NCBI GenBank assembly: GCA_964456475.1
Contig: CAYVZI010000003.1
Span: 14,092-78,091, forward strand
Direction: 5' to 3'
DNA: 64,000 nt
Source: an uncultured Candidatus Saccharibacteria bacterium
GTDB taxonomy: Bacteria; Patescibacteriota; Minisyncoccia; Phycocordibacterales; UBA9973
Shown here: piece after piece, positions 17,259 to 25,643 of the stretch
How the letters are laid out: every line of letters begins with the position of its first letter
Position numbering within the stretch: position 1 is the stretch's first letter
Notes under the pieces: model-generated
Seen by the model: only the letters and a program-made list of their open reading frames with translations
What the model was told of the DNA's origin: nothing
The model's database searches: none
Program-made: the position numbers and the translations under genes

Positions 17259-17693
17259 AAACAAATGGAAATTCTTCAATTCGGAACAAAAGAGCCTGGT
17301 GTGGAATATAAAGACCGACCGGGAACATACGCGCTTATTCTTAATGAGAACGGGTTATTTTGTGCAACAGAAAATTCTTGGGGAAAATATAGTTTGCCTG
17401 GTGGAGGAACTGACGAAGGTGAAAGTGACGAGGTGGCTCTTCGTCGAGAAATTCAGGAAGAACTTATACGAGATATTGAGTTGTTCCAGTTTGTCGGTGA
17501 AGCAAAGCAATTTGTGCGCAGTAAGAAAAATGGTGATGTAAACAAACATTGTAAATACTTTATTGTCTCACTTGCGCCGGGTGAAGATGGGCAAGGGGAT
17601 GTAATCACTCGCTGGGTCAACCTCGAGCAATTCAAAGAGAAGTCATACCAGGAAGCACATGTTTGGGCACTTGAAAAATTTTTACTGAAATAA
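17253..17693 (+). CDS. NUDIX hydrolase
   Basis: Nudix box GGGTDEGESDEVALRREIQEELI. Start moved past the repeat element. Confidence 0.7.
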   Translation: MTKQMEILQFGTKEPGVEYKDRPGTYALILNENGLFCATENSWGKYSLPGGGTDEGESDEVALRREIQEELIRDIELFQFVGEAKQFVRSKKNGDVNKHCKYFIVSLAPGEDGQGDVITRWVNLEQFKEKSYQEAHVWALEKFLLK

Positions 17694-17696
17694 TTT

Positions 17697-18329
17697 ATGA
17701 AAAAAATCTATTTTGTCCGTCATGGAGAAAGTGAAGGGAATATTGGTCCAGTGCAACAGGATCACACGTCACCCCTTACTCAAAAAGGGAAGGAACAGGC
17801 TCACTCTGTAGCGAAGCGACTTGCTGGTGTTTCTGTCGGAGTTATTGTTTCGAGCAATATGCTCCGTGCAAAAGAAACAGCAGAGGTGGTTGCTGGTGTG
17901 ACGAATGCTCCTGTCGAACATTCAGATTTTTTTGCTGAGCGCAGAAAGCCCTCGCTTATGTATGGTAAGTCGAAAGACGATACTGAATCGGTTGATGCGT
18001 ATAAAACGGTGGTCGCTAATTTTCATTTGCCTGGATTTCGTCATTCTGACGAAGAAAATTTCGATGATTTGAAAGATCGCGCAAAAAATGCGATGGCATA
18101 TCTCGCAAGTCGTCCAGAAGAAACCATTGTCGTTGTCACTCACGGATATTTTATGCGAATCATTATGGCGTACGCATTATTTGGAGATTCTCTTACTGGG
18201 GAAGAGTGCTCGCGTTGTGCACGATTTTTTCATATGGAAAATACAGGAATCACAATTTTGGAACATACGGAGAAAAAAGAAAATCCATGGTGGCTATGGG
18301 TGTGGAATGACCATGTACATTTAACCTAA
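17697..18329 (+). CDS. Histidine phosphatase (phosphoglycerate mutase superfamily). Could be CobC-like alpha-ribazole phosphatase, from context.
   Basis: YFVRHGESEGN RHG motif and a downstream VVTHGYFMR His motif. Confidence 0.65.
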   Translation: MKKIYFVRHGESEGNIGPVQQDHTSPLTQKGKEQAHSVAKRLAGVSVGVIVSSNMLRAKETAEVVAGVTNAPVEHSDFFAERRKPSLMYGKSKDDTESVDAYKTVVANFHLPGFRHSDEENFDDLKDRAKNAMAYLASRPEETIVVVTHGYFMRIIMAYALFGDSLTGEECSRCARFFHMENTGITILEHTEKKENPWWLWVWNDHVHLT

Positions 18330-18424
18330 ATTATATTTTGCTTCGAAAATAACCTTACAAAACAAGGTTATTTTTGATTGACAAATTAGTCATTGTTTGA
18401 TATAATACCGACAAATTTCCTCAT

Positions 18425-18862
18425 ATGAAAAACACATTAGAAAAGAAATATTTTTACTATTCTGCTAAAGCCTGGCAGCTGATGAGTCTTGCACTCTTTT
18501 TTGTTACACTTCGAATGATATGTATCGAAATGTCCGCAGTTGTAATAGGTAATACTGTTGCTATCTTTGCTTTTGCCTCGGGTATTATGTTGCCACTGTT
18601 GTCTGCTTCAGCACTTTGTCCACCAGAAAATAATAAAAAAAATAATGGTGGAAATAGTCGAGTGTACACGTTTAGTATGGCATTGTTTATTATGACAATA
18701 ATGTTCTCGGGTATTATGTTGAGTAACATCGGATTTGTGGTTCAATCGTACAAACAATCAGCTCTCGGATGGGCCGTTGCATTATTTATTCTTTTTTTAG
18801 TTGAATCAACATTAATTCGCAGGTGGAAACGTAGATATGGACAGGAACTAAAAAATGCATGA
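18425..18862 (+). CDS. Hypothetical membrane protein
   Basis: Four hydrophobic segments. No recognised family. Confidence 0.4.
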   Translation: MKNTLEKKYFYYSAKAWQLMSLALFFVTLRMICIEMSAVVIGNTVAIFAFASGIMLPLLSASALCPPENNKKNNGGNSRVYTFSMALFIMTIMFSGIMLSNIGFVVQSYKQSALGWAVALFILFLVESTLIRRWKRRYGQELKNA

Positions 18863-18870
18863 ACAAAATT

Positions 18871-18905
18871 TGAAAATGCCCATGTAAATGGGCATTTTTT
18901 TATCC
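18871..18905 (+). terminator. Rho-independent terminator
   Basis: AAAATGCCCAT-GTAA-ATGGGCATTTTTTT. Confidence 0.75.
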
Positions 18906-19140
18906 CCATTTGCGTAAAAATGGGGGAGGTGTAGAATACGTGGGCAGTTGAAAAAGAAATAACATTTGTGTTTGGGGAAGTGAGGTGAAAATCCTCCACA
19001 GTGCCGCTACGGTGATCCAAGAATTTACTTGGGAAGTCCGATTACCAATCACGAATAGGTGCGTCCCGAGCAGGAAAATGAGTATGCGAATGTGTACCCA
19101 GATATAGACTCCTCGGCGGGAGTTTTTTTGTGCTCGTATT

Positions 19141-19304
19141 GTCATTCCCGAGTACTCATCGGGAATCCAGGTTGAATGAATTTAAACCCAGAACCTGGAT
19201 CCATTACATGGACTGTACACCTTTCGCTTTCCGAGTACGGAATACTCAAGGTCTTGCGGAACGGGTCCCAACCCATTCCTCACTCGGTCAAGCCGAGGAT
19301 GACA
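19141..19304. repeat. Longer MITE-like element (about 164 bp) whose termini match the hairpin family (left GTCATTCCCGAGTACTCATCGGGAATCCAGG, right CATTCCTCACTCGGTCAAGCCGAGGATGACAC)
   Basis: The terminal modules are inverted copies of each other and match the elements at 17190 and 44615. Confidence 0.6.
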
Positions 19305-19320
19305 CAAATCCACACGCGAT

Positions 19321-19830
19321 ATGTATAAAAAATATACACCAATCATCATTTTTGGAATTCTCATTCTTGCTACAGCAGGAGCTTTGGGTTATTCGATACA
19401 AAAAAAGGACAATTTTATTGCTCCGTATGTTATTCCCGTTGCGTCACCAGTTCCAGTCGCTAAAACCCCAGACTCTTCTCCTGTTGTAAAAAACGACTTG
19501 GTTCAGAAAAAAGTAGACCAAACACCAAGCACCATAAACCAAACACCAACGCTTTCTATTACAGTTGTTGCTGGTGAGACGAAGGTGGGTATTCCGTACG
19601 TTGAAAACGAAACATTTTATAGCACGCTTGTTTCTGCTCAGAAATCTGGATTGGTTACATTTGCTGGACGTGAGTATTCAGGACTTGGATTTTTTGTGAG
19701 TGATATTGGAGATTTGCATATGACTCCTGGAAAAAATTTGTTGTATTACATTAATGGCAAGGAAGCGTCAGTCGGCGTGTCTACTTATATCCCGAAGAAC
19801 GGCGACGTCGTGGAATGGAGACTTAATTAA
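19321..19830 (+). CDS. Secreted or anchored DUF4430-domain protein (the transcobalamin beta-domain-like fold)
   Basis: N-terminal TM or signal segment. C-terminus YYINGKEASVGVSTYIPKNGDVVEW matches the DUF4430 pattern. Confidence 0.5.
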   Translation: MYKKYTPIIIFGILILATAGALGYSIQKKDNFIAPYVIPVASPVPVAKTPDSSPVVKNDLVQKKVDQTPSTINQTPTLSITVVAGETKVGIPYVENETFYSTLVSAQKSGLVTFAGREYSGLGFFVSDIGDLHMTPGKNLLYYINGKEASVGVSTYIPKNGDVVEWRLN

Positions 19831-19834
19831 AATT

Positions 19835-22033
19835 ATGAAAAACTTTTTTATAAAATTTGGTGTTGTGCTTTCTTTTGTTCTTGTGTTTGGAACTGTGGCT
19901 GTTCGTGCCGAGGTGGTGGCTGATACCACTGTGCCTGTAATCACACTTTTAGGCGATGCAAACCTTTCAATTGAGCAAGGGGTGACATACATCGATGCGG
20001 GTGCGACTGCGAGTGACGAAACAGACGGAGATATTACCGCGAATATTGTTATAACCGGAACAGTGGATACTGCGACCGTTGGTGTATATACAGAAACGTA
20101 TGCTGTATCTGATGTTGCAGGTAATCCTGCGACGCCAGTAGTTCGTACGATAACAGTCACTCCCGTAGTTGTTGTGGTTCCAACCGAAACAATTATTGTT
20201 CGAAACGGAGATACTGTCATTTGGCAAGGAGAAGTACCATTGCCTGATGACGGAACAGAAACGATCAGTGACGTAAATGGAAATCCTCATACGGTGAGCA
20301 CTCGCAGTGTCCTTGCTCTTGTAAAAGATGCTGAAACGACAAGTGGTGCATTTACACTTTCAAACCTAACTTATTATGATTCATTCGGAGCTTTCTATTT
20401 CAAATGTATTACTCCGACCGGAGGCACAGAACTTTGCGACAATTGGCAGTATGCAGTCGGCGGTACGACACCATGGACGAGTATTGATCAAACAATACTT
20501 ACCGGCGGAGAGACCATTGGAATTTATTTTGGAAATAACCACCAGGTTTCTTTTGGCACAACTACAATTTCGGCAGGTGGTACACTCACCGCAACTGCAG
20601 AAAAATATAATTATATTGATAATACCTGGAGTCCGTTAACCGGAGTTTCTGTTGGTATAACAACGCCAAACGAATCCGATCCGTGGAATCCGATCGTTAT
20701 TTCAACGAATCCTGTCGATTCCAACGGTAGTGCAGTAATAACAATTGAGAATCCTGGAGTTTATAATGCAGGTATTGTGGAGGACTATTATTTTCCTTCG
20801 TATGTAGTTACGGTAAATGCTGTTTCTGGGGGAGGTGGCGGAGGTGGAACTACTTCGACAACGTTCAGTGTGCCAAATGCAATTGCTTATTTGAAATCAG
20901 TGCAGTCGAGCGATGGTTCTTTTGGCGGTTCAGATCTATACACTGATTGGGTGGCGGTTACCTATGGAGCAGGTAGTGTTTTTGATAACTCTCGTAATTC
21001 TCTTCTTTCGTATCTTGCTTCACATAACACACTCTACTCACTCGTAACCGATAATGAACGCCGTGCAATGGCACTGCTCGCACTCGGGCAAAATCCGTAT
21101 TCGTATAACGGTGTAAATTATATCGAAGCAATTACTCAATCGTTTGATGGTACCCAAATTGGGGACGTGCATTTAATCAACGATGATGTTTTTGGATTGA
21201 TTGTACTTTCAAAAGCAGGGTATACGACAAGTGATGTAGAAATTTCAAAAACAATTGAATACATAGTGAAGGCGCAGCTGGTAAACGGATCATGGGACGG
21301 AAGTGTCGATATGACAGCTGCTTCAATTCAAGCACTCTCACTATTTCCGGGTGCACCTGGTGTTTCAGAATCGGTTACAAAAGCGGGTATGTATTTGCAA
21401 AATAATCAGAGCGGGGATGGTGGCTGGGTAAACGTGTCATCATCAAGTTGGGCGACTCAGGCAATGAACACACTGAATGTGTTGTGGACAAACAACGGAA
21501 AAACACCAGTACATTATTTTGGTGGTATACAGGCATCTGATGGTGCGGCATCTTTGAATTCTGAATCATTACAAAATAGGATTTGGGCGACGAGCTATGC
21601 TATTCCAGCAGTGCTTGGAAAATCATGGGATGCCATTTTGATTGGTGTTGCCCGCCCAAGTGTAAGCACTGGCGGTAACAATACGAACGGTGAGAGTGGT
21701 ACCACCAATCAGACTGACACACTCGTCGAAACAAAAAAAATCGAAATTGTAGAATTTCAGAATGATGCAATCGAAAAAAAGCCAAAACCAGAAGAGTTGG
21801 AAAAAGAAACAGAACGTGTGATAAATCAAAATCCAACGCAGCTCGTTTTTGCTCAAGAAAATAAAGTGCCACCTGTTCCGTCTGAAGATGCTCTTCCGCA
21901 AAATAATTTTGAATCGAATCTACTGACTGCAAGTGCAGAAGGGAGTAGGGTTCCAGTGCCTCTCTTTGTAACTGTCGGTGCGGGGATACTTGCTCTTGTT
22001 GGCGGCTTTTGGTATTGGTTTCGTCGACCGTAA
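19835..22033 (+). CDS. Large cell-surface protein with four regions: an Ig-like (DUF5011-type) domain, a DUF4430 domain, an alpha/alpha-toroid with prenyltransferase-like repeats, and a C-terminal TM anchor
   Basis: Signal peptide MKNFFIKFGVVLSFVLVFGTVAVRA. The DUF5011-like stretch is ITLLGDANLSIEQGVTYIDAGATASDETDGDITA. The DUF4430-like stretch is CDNWQYAVGG...GIYFG. Repeated DGSFGG, SDGAAS and WAT motifs mark the toroid. The tail is GILALVGGFWYWFRRP. Confidence 0.6.
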   Translation: MKNFFIKFGVVLSFVLVFGTVAVRAEVVADTTVPVITLLGDANLSIEQGVTYIDAGATASDETDGDITANIVITGTVDTATVGVYTETYAVSDVAGNPATPVVRTITVTPVVVVVPTETIIVRNGDTVIWQGEVPLPDDGTETISDVNGNPHTVSTRSVLALVKDAETTSGAFTLSNLTYYDSFGAFYFKCITPTGGTELCDNWQYAVGGTTPWTSIDQTILTGGETIGIYFGNNHQVSFGTTTISAGGTLTATAEKYNYIDNTWSPLTGVSVGITTPNESDPWNPIVISTNPVDSNGSAVITIENPGVYNAGIVEDYYFPSYVVTVNAVSGGGGGGGTTSTTFSVPNAIAYLKSVQSSDGSFGGSDLYTDWVAVTYGAGSVFDNSRNSLLSYLASHNTLYSLVTDNERRAMALLALGQNPYSYNGVNYIEAITQSFDGTQIGDVHLINDDVFGLIVLSKAGYTTSDVEISKTIEYIVKAQLVNGSWDGSVDMTAASIQALSLFPGAPGVSESVTKAGMYLQNNQSGDGGWVNVSSSSWATQAMNTLNVLWTNNGKTPVHYFGGIQASDGAASLNSESLQNRIWATSYAIPAVLGKSWDAILIGVARPSVSTGGNNTNGESGTTNQTDTLVETKKIEIVEFQNDAIEKKPKPEELEKETERVINQNPTQLVFAQENKVPPVPSEDALPQNNFESNLLTASAEGSRVPVPLFVTVGAGILALVGGFWYWFRRP

Positions 22034-22054
22034 TATGAATGTATAGCATAGTGT

Positions 22055-22081
22055 AAAAGCCCAATTTTGATTGGGCTTTTA
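22055..22081 (+). terminator. Rho-independent terminator
   Basis: AAAAGCCCAA-TTTTGA-TTGGGCTTTT. Confidence 0.7.
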
Positions 22082-22098
22082 CGTGATATAATCTAAAC

Positions 22099-22548
22099 AT
22101 GTATTCAGACAACGCCGGCAATGATTTGCTACAGAAGGCAGATGACAAAGCTCTCCAAAAAGCCAAGGAGGTTTTTGGGGATTTTGTGATATCGGTCGAA
22201 AATATAATCGACCGTTCGATTGAGCTTGGAAAGGCACGCGATATCCAAATGCTTACGGTACTTCGAGAGTTAAACACGGTACAAGATGATCTTGATGCCC
22301 TTGCAAAAAGTGCCCACGAAGAAGTTCCCGATCATAATTACCATATTGAGGTAACAAAAATTATTCGTGAGTACATTGCAGGAATTATAGAGCACGAATA
22401 TCAAAAGATTGAGGAACTTCGAAAAACAAAACCAGACGAGATTCAAGAAATAACAATGAGGATGAATCAATTAAGCAACATTATTCAGTTCTATGATACC
22501 GAATATCCTGAGTTGCAACTGGCTCTGAGAAACAAACACATGTATTAG
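22099..22548 (+). CDS. Hypothetical protein, helical or coiled-coil
   Basis: ORF only. Confidence 0.35.
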   Translation: MYSDNAGNDLLQKADDKALQKAKEVFGDFVISVENIIDRSIELGKARDIQMLTVLRELNTVQDDLDALAKSAHEEVPDHNYHIEVTKIIREYIAGIIEHEYQKIEELRKTKPDEIQEITMRMNQLSNIIQFYDTEYPELQLALRNKHMY

Positions 22549-22575
22549 TATCTATTACAAATAATATTTATTCTT

Positions 22576-23343
22576 ATGCAAGAACACACCACCCGAGAGG
22601 AGAGTGCTCCATCAGGAGAACAAAAAATAAAAGCAATTTCTTTGACGCAGGCAGTTTTGATCAATGGTCTCATAATTGCAATCGCTATTATTATTGGTGC
22701 ATGCATTATTCACGGTACATTCGATTCAAGCAACGATACGAAGCAGGGATCAGGTGAGACAAAGCAAGCTCTGTCAGTCGATATCAAAAATGTTTCGCTT
22801 TCTCACGAGCCGTTCATCGGTAATACGGAGGCAAAAGTAGTTGTTGCGTACTGGTCTGATTATCAGTGTTCGTATTGTAAAAAATTTGAAACAGGGCCAT
22901 TTCAGGAAATTATAAAGAACTACGTTTCGACCGGTGATGTTGCCATCGTTTTTAAGGATTACTCGTTCCTTGGTCCGGATTCAACTACTGCTGGCCTCTA
23001 TGATCGTGCGGTTTGGAATTTGTATCCCGAGCAGTACTTTGCTTGGAGAGAAGCAATGTTTGTTGCTCAAGACGGAGTGAATAGTGGATTTGGTGATGAA
23101 GCGAGTGTTGTAAAGCTCACCGGAACAATTCCTGGAATTGATGCAAAAAAAGTAGAGGCTGATGTGAAAAAAAATAACAATGCATATACGAAGCTTATGG
23201 AGGAATCACGTTCGCAGGGCTTAGATTTTGGAATCAATGGAACACCTTCATTTATCACTGGAACGCAGTTGATTGGGGGATACGTTGATTATGCTGGTTT
23301 CAAGACCCACCTCGATAAGCAATTGAAACAAATAAAAAAATAA
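22576..23343 (+). CDS. DsbA-family thiol:disulfide oxidoreductase, membrane anchored
   Basis: N-terminal TM segment and a thioredoxin CxxC (YWSDYQCSYCKKF). Confidence 0.7.
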   Translation: MQEHTTREESAPSGEQKIKAISLTQAVLINGLIIAIAIIIGACIIHGTFDSSNDTKQGSGETKQALSVDIKNVSLSHEPFIGNTEAKVVVAYWSDYQCSYCKKFETGPFQEIIKNYVSTGDVAIVFKDYSFLGPDSTTAGLYDRAVWNLYPEQYFAWREAMFVAQDGVNSGFGDEASVVKLTGTIPGIDAKKVEADVKKNNNAYTKLMEESRSQGLDFGINGTPSFITGTQLIGGYVDYAGFKTHLDKQLKQIKK

Positions 23344-23398
23344 ATCTTACGGATATCACTCTTGATACTTACTAAGCCATACACTATACTTTCTACAT

Positions 23399-23572
23399 AT
23401 GACAACACTTACACATCTTTGGGAAACAATACTCGGGGCAATCAGCTCGGTAGGGTATGTACCGTTTGCTGTTATGGTAATTGCGACTATTGTTCTCTAC
23501 AGACTTCACCCTGTTCTCGGTTTTCTCGGAGTACTTTTCTTGTTTGCAATACTTACTGGGCTTATTACATAA
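23399..23572 (+). CDS. Small two-TM membrane protein (57 aa), below the ORF-track length cut-off
   Basis: Manual translation gives MTTLTHLWETILGAISSVGYVPFAVMVIATIVLYRLHPVLGFLGVLFLFAILTGLIT. A strong terminator follows at 23581-23611. Confidence 0.4.
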   Translation: MTTLTHLWETILGAISSVGYVPFAVMVIATIVLYRLHPVLGFLGVLFLFAILTGLIT

Positions 23573-23580
23573 TATTTTTT

Positions 23581-23611
23581 CAAAAAGACTCCCCAGTTGG
23601 GAGTCTTTTTG
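23581..23611 (+). terminator. Rho-independent terminator
   Basis: AAAAAGACTCCC-CAGTT-GGGAGTCTTTTT. Confidence 0.8.
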
Positions 23612-23644
23612 TATGTTAGACATCGAAGGGTATTTGTATATACT

Positions 23645-23920
23645 ATGGATATGTTTGAACGACCTGACACGCTCAATACCTCAAATGAACTAGATTTGTT
23701 GGTGAATCCACCAACTGATGTCGTAGGAAAAGACGGCCGACCGGATGACGCGTGGGTACTTGAGCAAGAAACTATATTAAACAAAAAATACCCAGGTAGA
23801 AATTTGCTACTGGAATATCATTCTTTGGATAACAAGATGCATGTTTCAGAAAATACGAGCGAGACGAGTCCAGGTTCACCCACACGTCCGCTTGATGAGT
23901 GGCAAAAAATTAATTCGTAA
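23645..23920 (+). CDS. Hypothetical protein
   Basis: ORF only. Confidence 0.3.
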   Translation: MDMFERPDTLNTSNELDLLVNPPTDVVGKDGRPDDAWVLEQETILNKKYPGRNLLLEYHSLDNKMHVSENTSETSPGSPTRPLDEWQKINS

Positions 23921-23926
23921 ATTCCC

Positions 23927-24808
23927 ATGATAGAAATACTAAAAAAACAAAAAGACTATGAATTGCTCGATTCCGGAGAAGGGGAAAAGCTTGAGCGGTT
24001 TGGCAAATATACCCTCGCACGTCCGGACCCTGAAGCACTTTGGGAAAAGAGGCTTTCAAAAAAAGTATGGGATGATGCCGATGCACGTTTTGAGCGACGC
24101 GGAGCGAGTGGTTCATGGAAAACAAAAAATGGCTTTCCAAAAAATTGGAACCTTGAATTTGGCGGACTCACTTTGGAACTTCGTCCAACATCATTCAAAC
24201 ATGTTGGACTTTTTCCCGAACAACTGAGCCACTGGAAGTGGCTCGAAGAAAAAATTACGAATTACGAATTAGAAATTAAGAATAAAAACACAAAAATACG
24301 AATGCTTAATCTTTTTGCTTACACAGGTGGAGCAACATTATCGGCTCTCAAAGCTGGTGCGGAAGTTACTCACGTAGATTCTTCAAAGGTGGCAATCGAA
24401 TGGGCTCGTAAAAATGCCGAACTTTCTGGTCTTGTAGATGCACCCGTTCGTTGGATAGAAGATGACGTGCTTAAATTCCTGCGACGTGAAGTAAAGCGTG
24501 GAAACAAATACGACGTGGTCATCATGGACCCTCCGGCATTCGGTCATGGCTCAGGCAAAACACTCTGGAAAATCGAAAAAGATTTTTATGAATTATTTAA
24601 CTTGGTAGAACAAGTTCTCTCTGAAAATCCAGTCGCAGTAATCGTGAATGGATATACTGCTGGCTATTCGCCACTCACACTCGAAAATAATGCAAAAAGA
24701 TTGTTGGAAAAGTACGGAGGCAGTACTGATTGCGGAGAACTCGCAATTTCTGAAACAGATAGCGATCGACTTTTGCCGGCTGGAGTATTTGCACGGTGGA
24801 GCAGGTAA
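23927..24808 (+). CDS. Class I SAM-dependent RNA methyltransferase (RlmI/YccW-like). It carries an in-frame low-complexity insert derived from a 34-nt repeat.
   Basis: LNLFAYTGGATLSAL motif I and DPPAFG motif IV. The insert KITNYELEIKNKNTKIR is encoded by the repeat at 24251-24284. Confidence 0.6.
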   Translation: MIEILKKQKDYELLDSGEGEKLERFGKYTLARPDPEALWEKRLSKKVWDDADARFERRGASGSWKTKNGFPKNWNLEFGGLTLELRPTSFKHVGLFPEQLSHWKWLEEKITNYELEIKNKNTKIRMLNLFAYTGGATLSALKAGAEVTHVDSSKVAIEWARKNAELSGLVDAPVRWIEDDVLKFLRREVKRGNKYDVVIMDPPAFGHGSGKTLWKIEKDFYELFNLVEQVLSENPVAVIVNGYTAGYSPLTLENNAKRLLEKYGGSTDCGELAISETDSDRLLPAGVFARWSR

Positions 24809-24826
24809 AATCAATTAGGAATGAAA

Positions 24827-24872
24827 TACGCAATAAAAAATGCCGGAATGGCATTTTTTATTGCGTATTTTT
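24827..24872. terminator. Long bidirectional terminator hairpin
   Basis: ACGCAATAAAAAATGCC-GGAA-TGGCATTTTTTATTGCGT. Confidence 0.7.
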
Positions 24873-24936
24873 GAATGCAAAAGAGGCTCATTTGTGGTAT
24901 TCTTGTATTCGTATAAGCTTTAATTATTGAAATACC

Positions 24937-25470
24937 ATGAATAAACAAACAATTATTACTCTGGTTGCAATTGTAATTCTTGCTGTACTTATTGTGTACA
25001 CACAAAAGAATTATCATCCAAAGGAAACAGCACCAATAGACGTTGAAACAACTCAAAATTATGAGGAAGGTGCAGAGGCAGAATCGAATATTACAGCTAT
25101 TACAAATCAACCAAAAAATTCTATGGAAGGAACAGAAACAACTACGGCGAGTGGGCTCAAAATGACAATCATAAAGGAAGGTACAGGAACTCCCGCAGTT
25201 TCTGGTGATATGGTAACGGTCCACTACACGGGTATGTTTACTGATGGTAAGGTCTTTGATTCGAGTGTCGGAAAGCAGCCATTTTCATTCAAGCTTGGAG
25301 CACATATGGTGATTTCCGGCTGGGACGAAGGAGTAGCTGGTATGAAGGTTGGAGAAAAACGTCATCTCGTAATTCCAGCAAGTATCGGATACGGACCGAA
25401 CGGATACGGGCCGATTCCGGGGAATGCAACGCTTGTGTTTGATGTTGAGCTTCTTGCTATCAATCAATAG
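24937..25470 (+). CDS. FKBP-type peptidyl-prolyl cis-trans isomerase with an N-terminal TM anchor
   Basis: VTVHYTGMFTDGKVFDSS...LGAHMVISGWDEGVAGMKVGEKRHLVIPASIGYG FKBP domain. Confidence 0.85.
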   Translation: MNKQTIITLVAIVILAVLIVYTQKNYHPKETAPIDVETTQNYEEGAEAESNITAITNQPKNSMEGTETTTASGLKMTIIKEGTGTPAVSGDMVTVHYTGMFTDGKVFDSSVGKQPFSFKLGAHMVISGWDEGVAGMKVGEKRHLVIPASIGYGPNGYGPIPGNATLVFDVELLAINQ

Positions 25471-25643
25471 TGGTACATATTGTATGAAGAAAAAAATTCT
25501 TACTATCATTGTGTTGCTCTTTATACTCTCAGGAATTACCTGGGGTATCTACGGCATGATGAATCCAACTCTCAGTACGGTTAACGCTAGTATTCCTAAC
25601 TAATCGGCAGTCGATGTATTATCAATAATTATTTTTTAAACAG

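Noticed and set aside
21600-22277. 225-aa minus-strand ORF, and similar long antisense ORFs at 35227-35865, 49701-50423 and 51877-52539
   Set aside because: Each is antisense to a strongly supported gene (the surface protein, glyA, glyQS and the M16 peptidase). They have no family signatures.
23362-23623. ORFs 23362-23619 (+) and 23393-23623 (-)
   Set aside because: Cys/Asn-rich low-complexity translations. The same region holds a cleaner 57-aa two-TM ORF (23399-23572) followed by a strong terminator, and I prefer that one.
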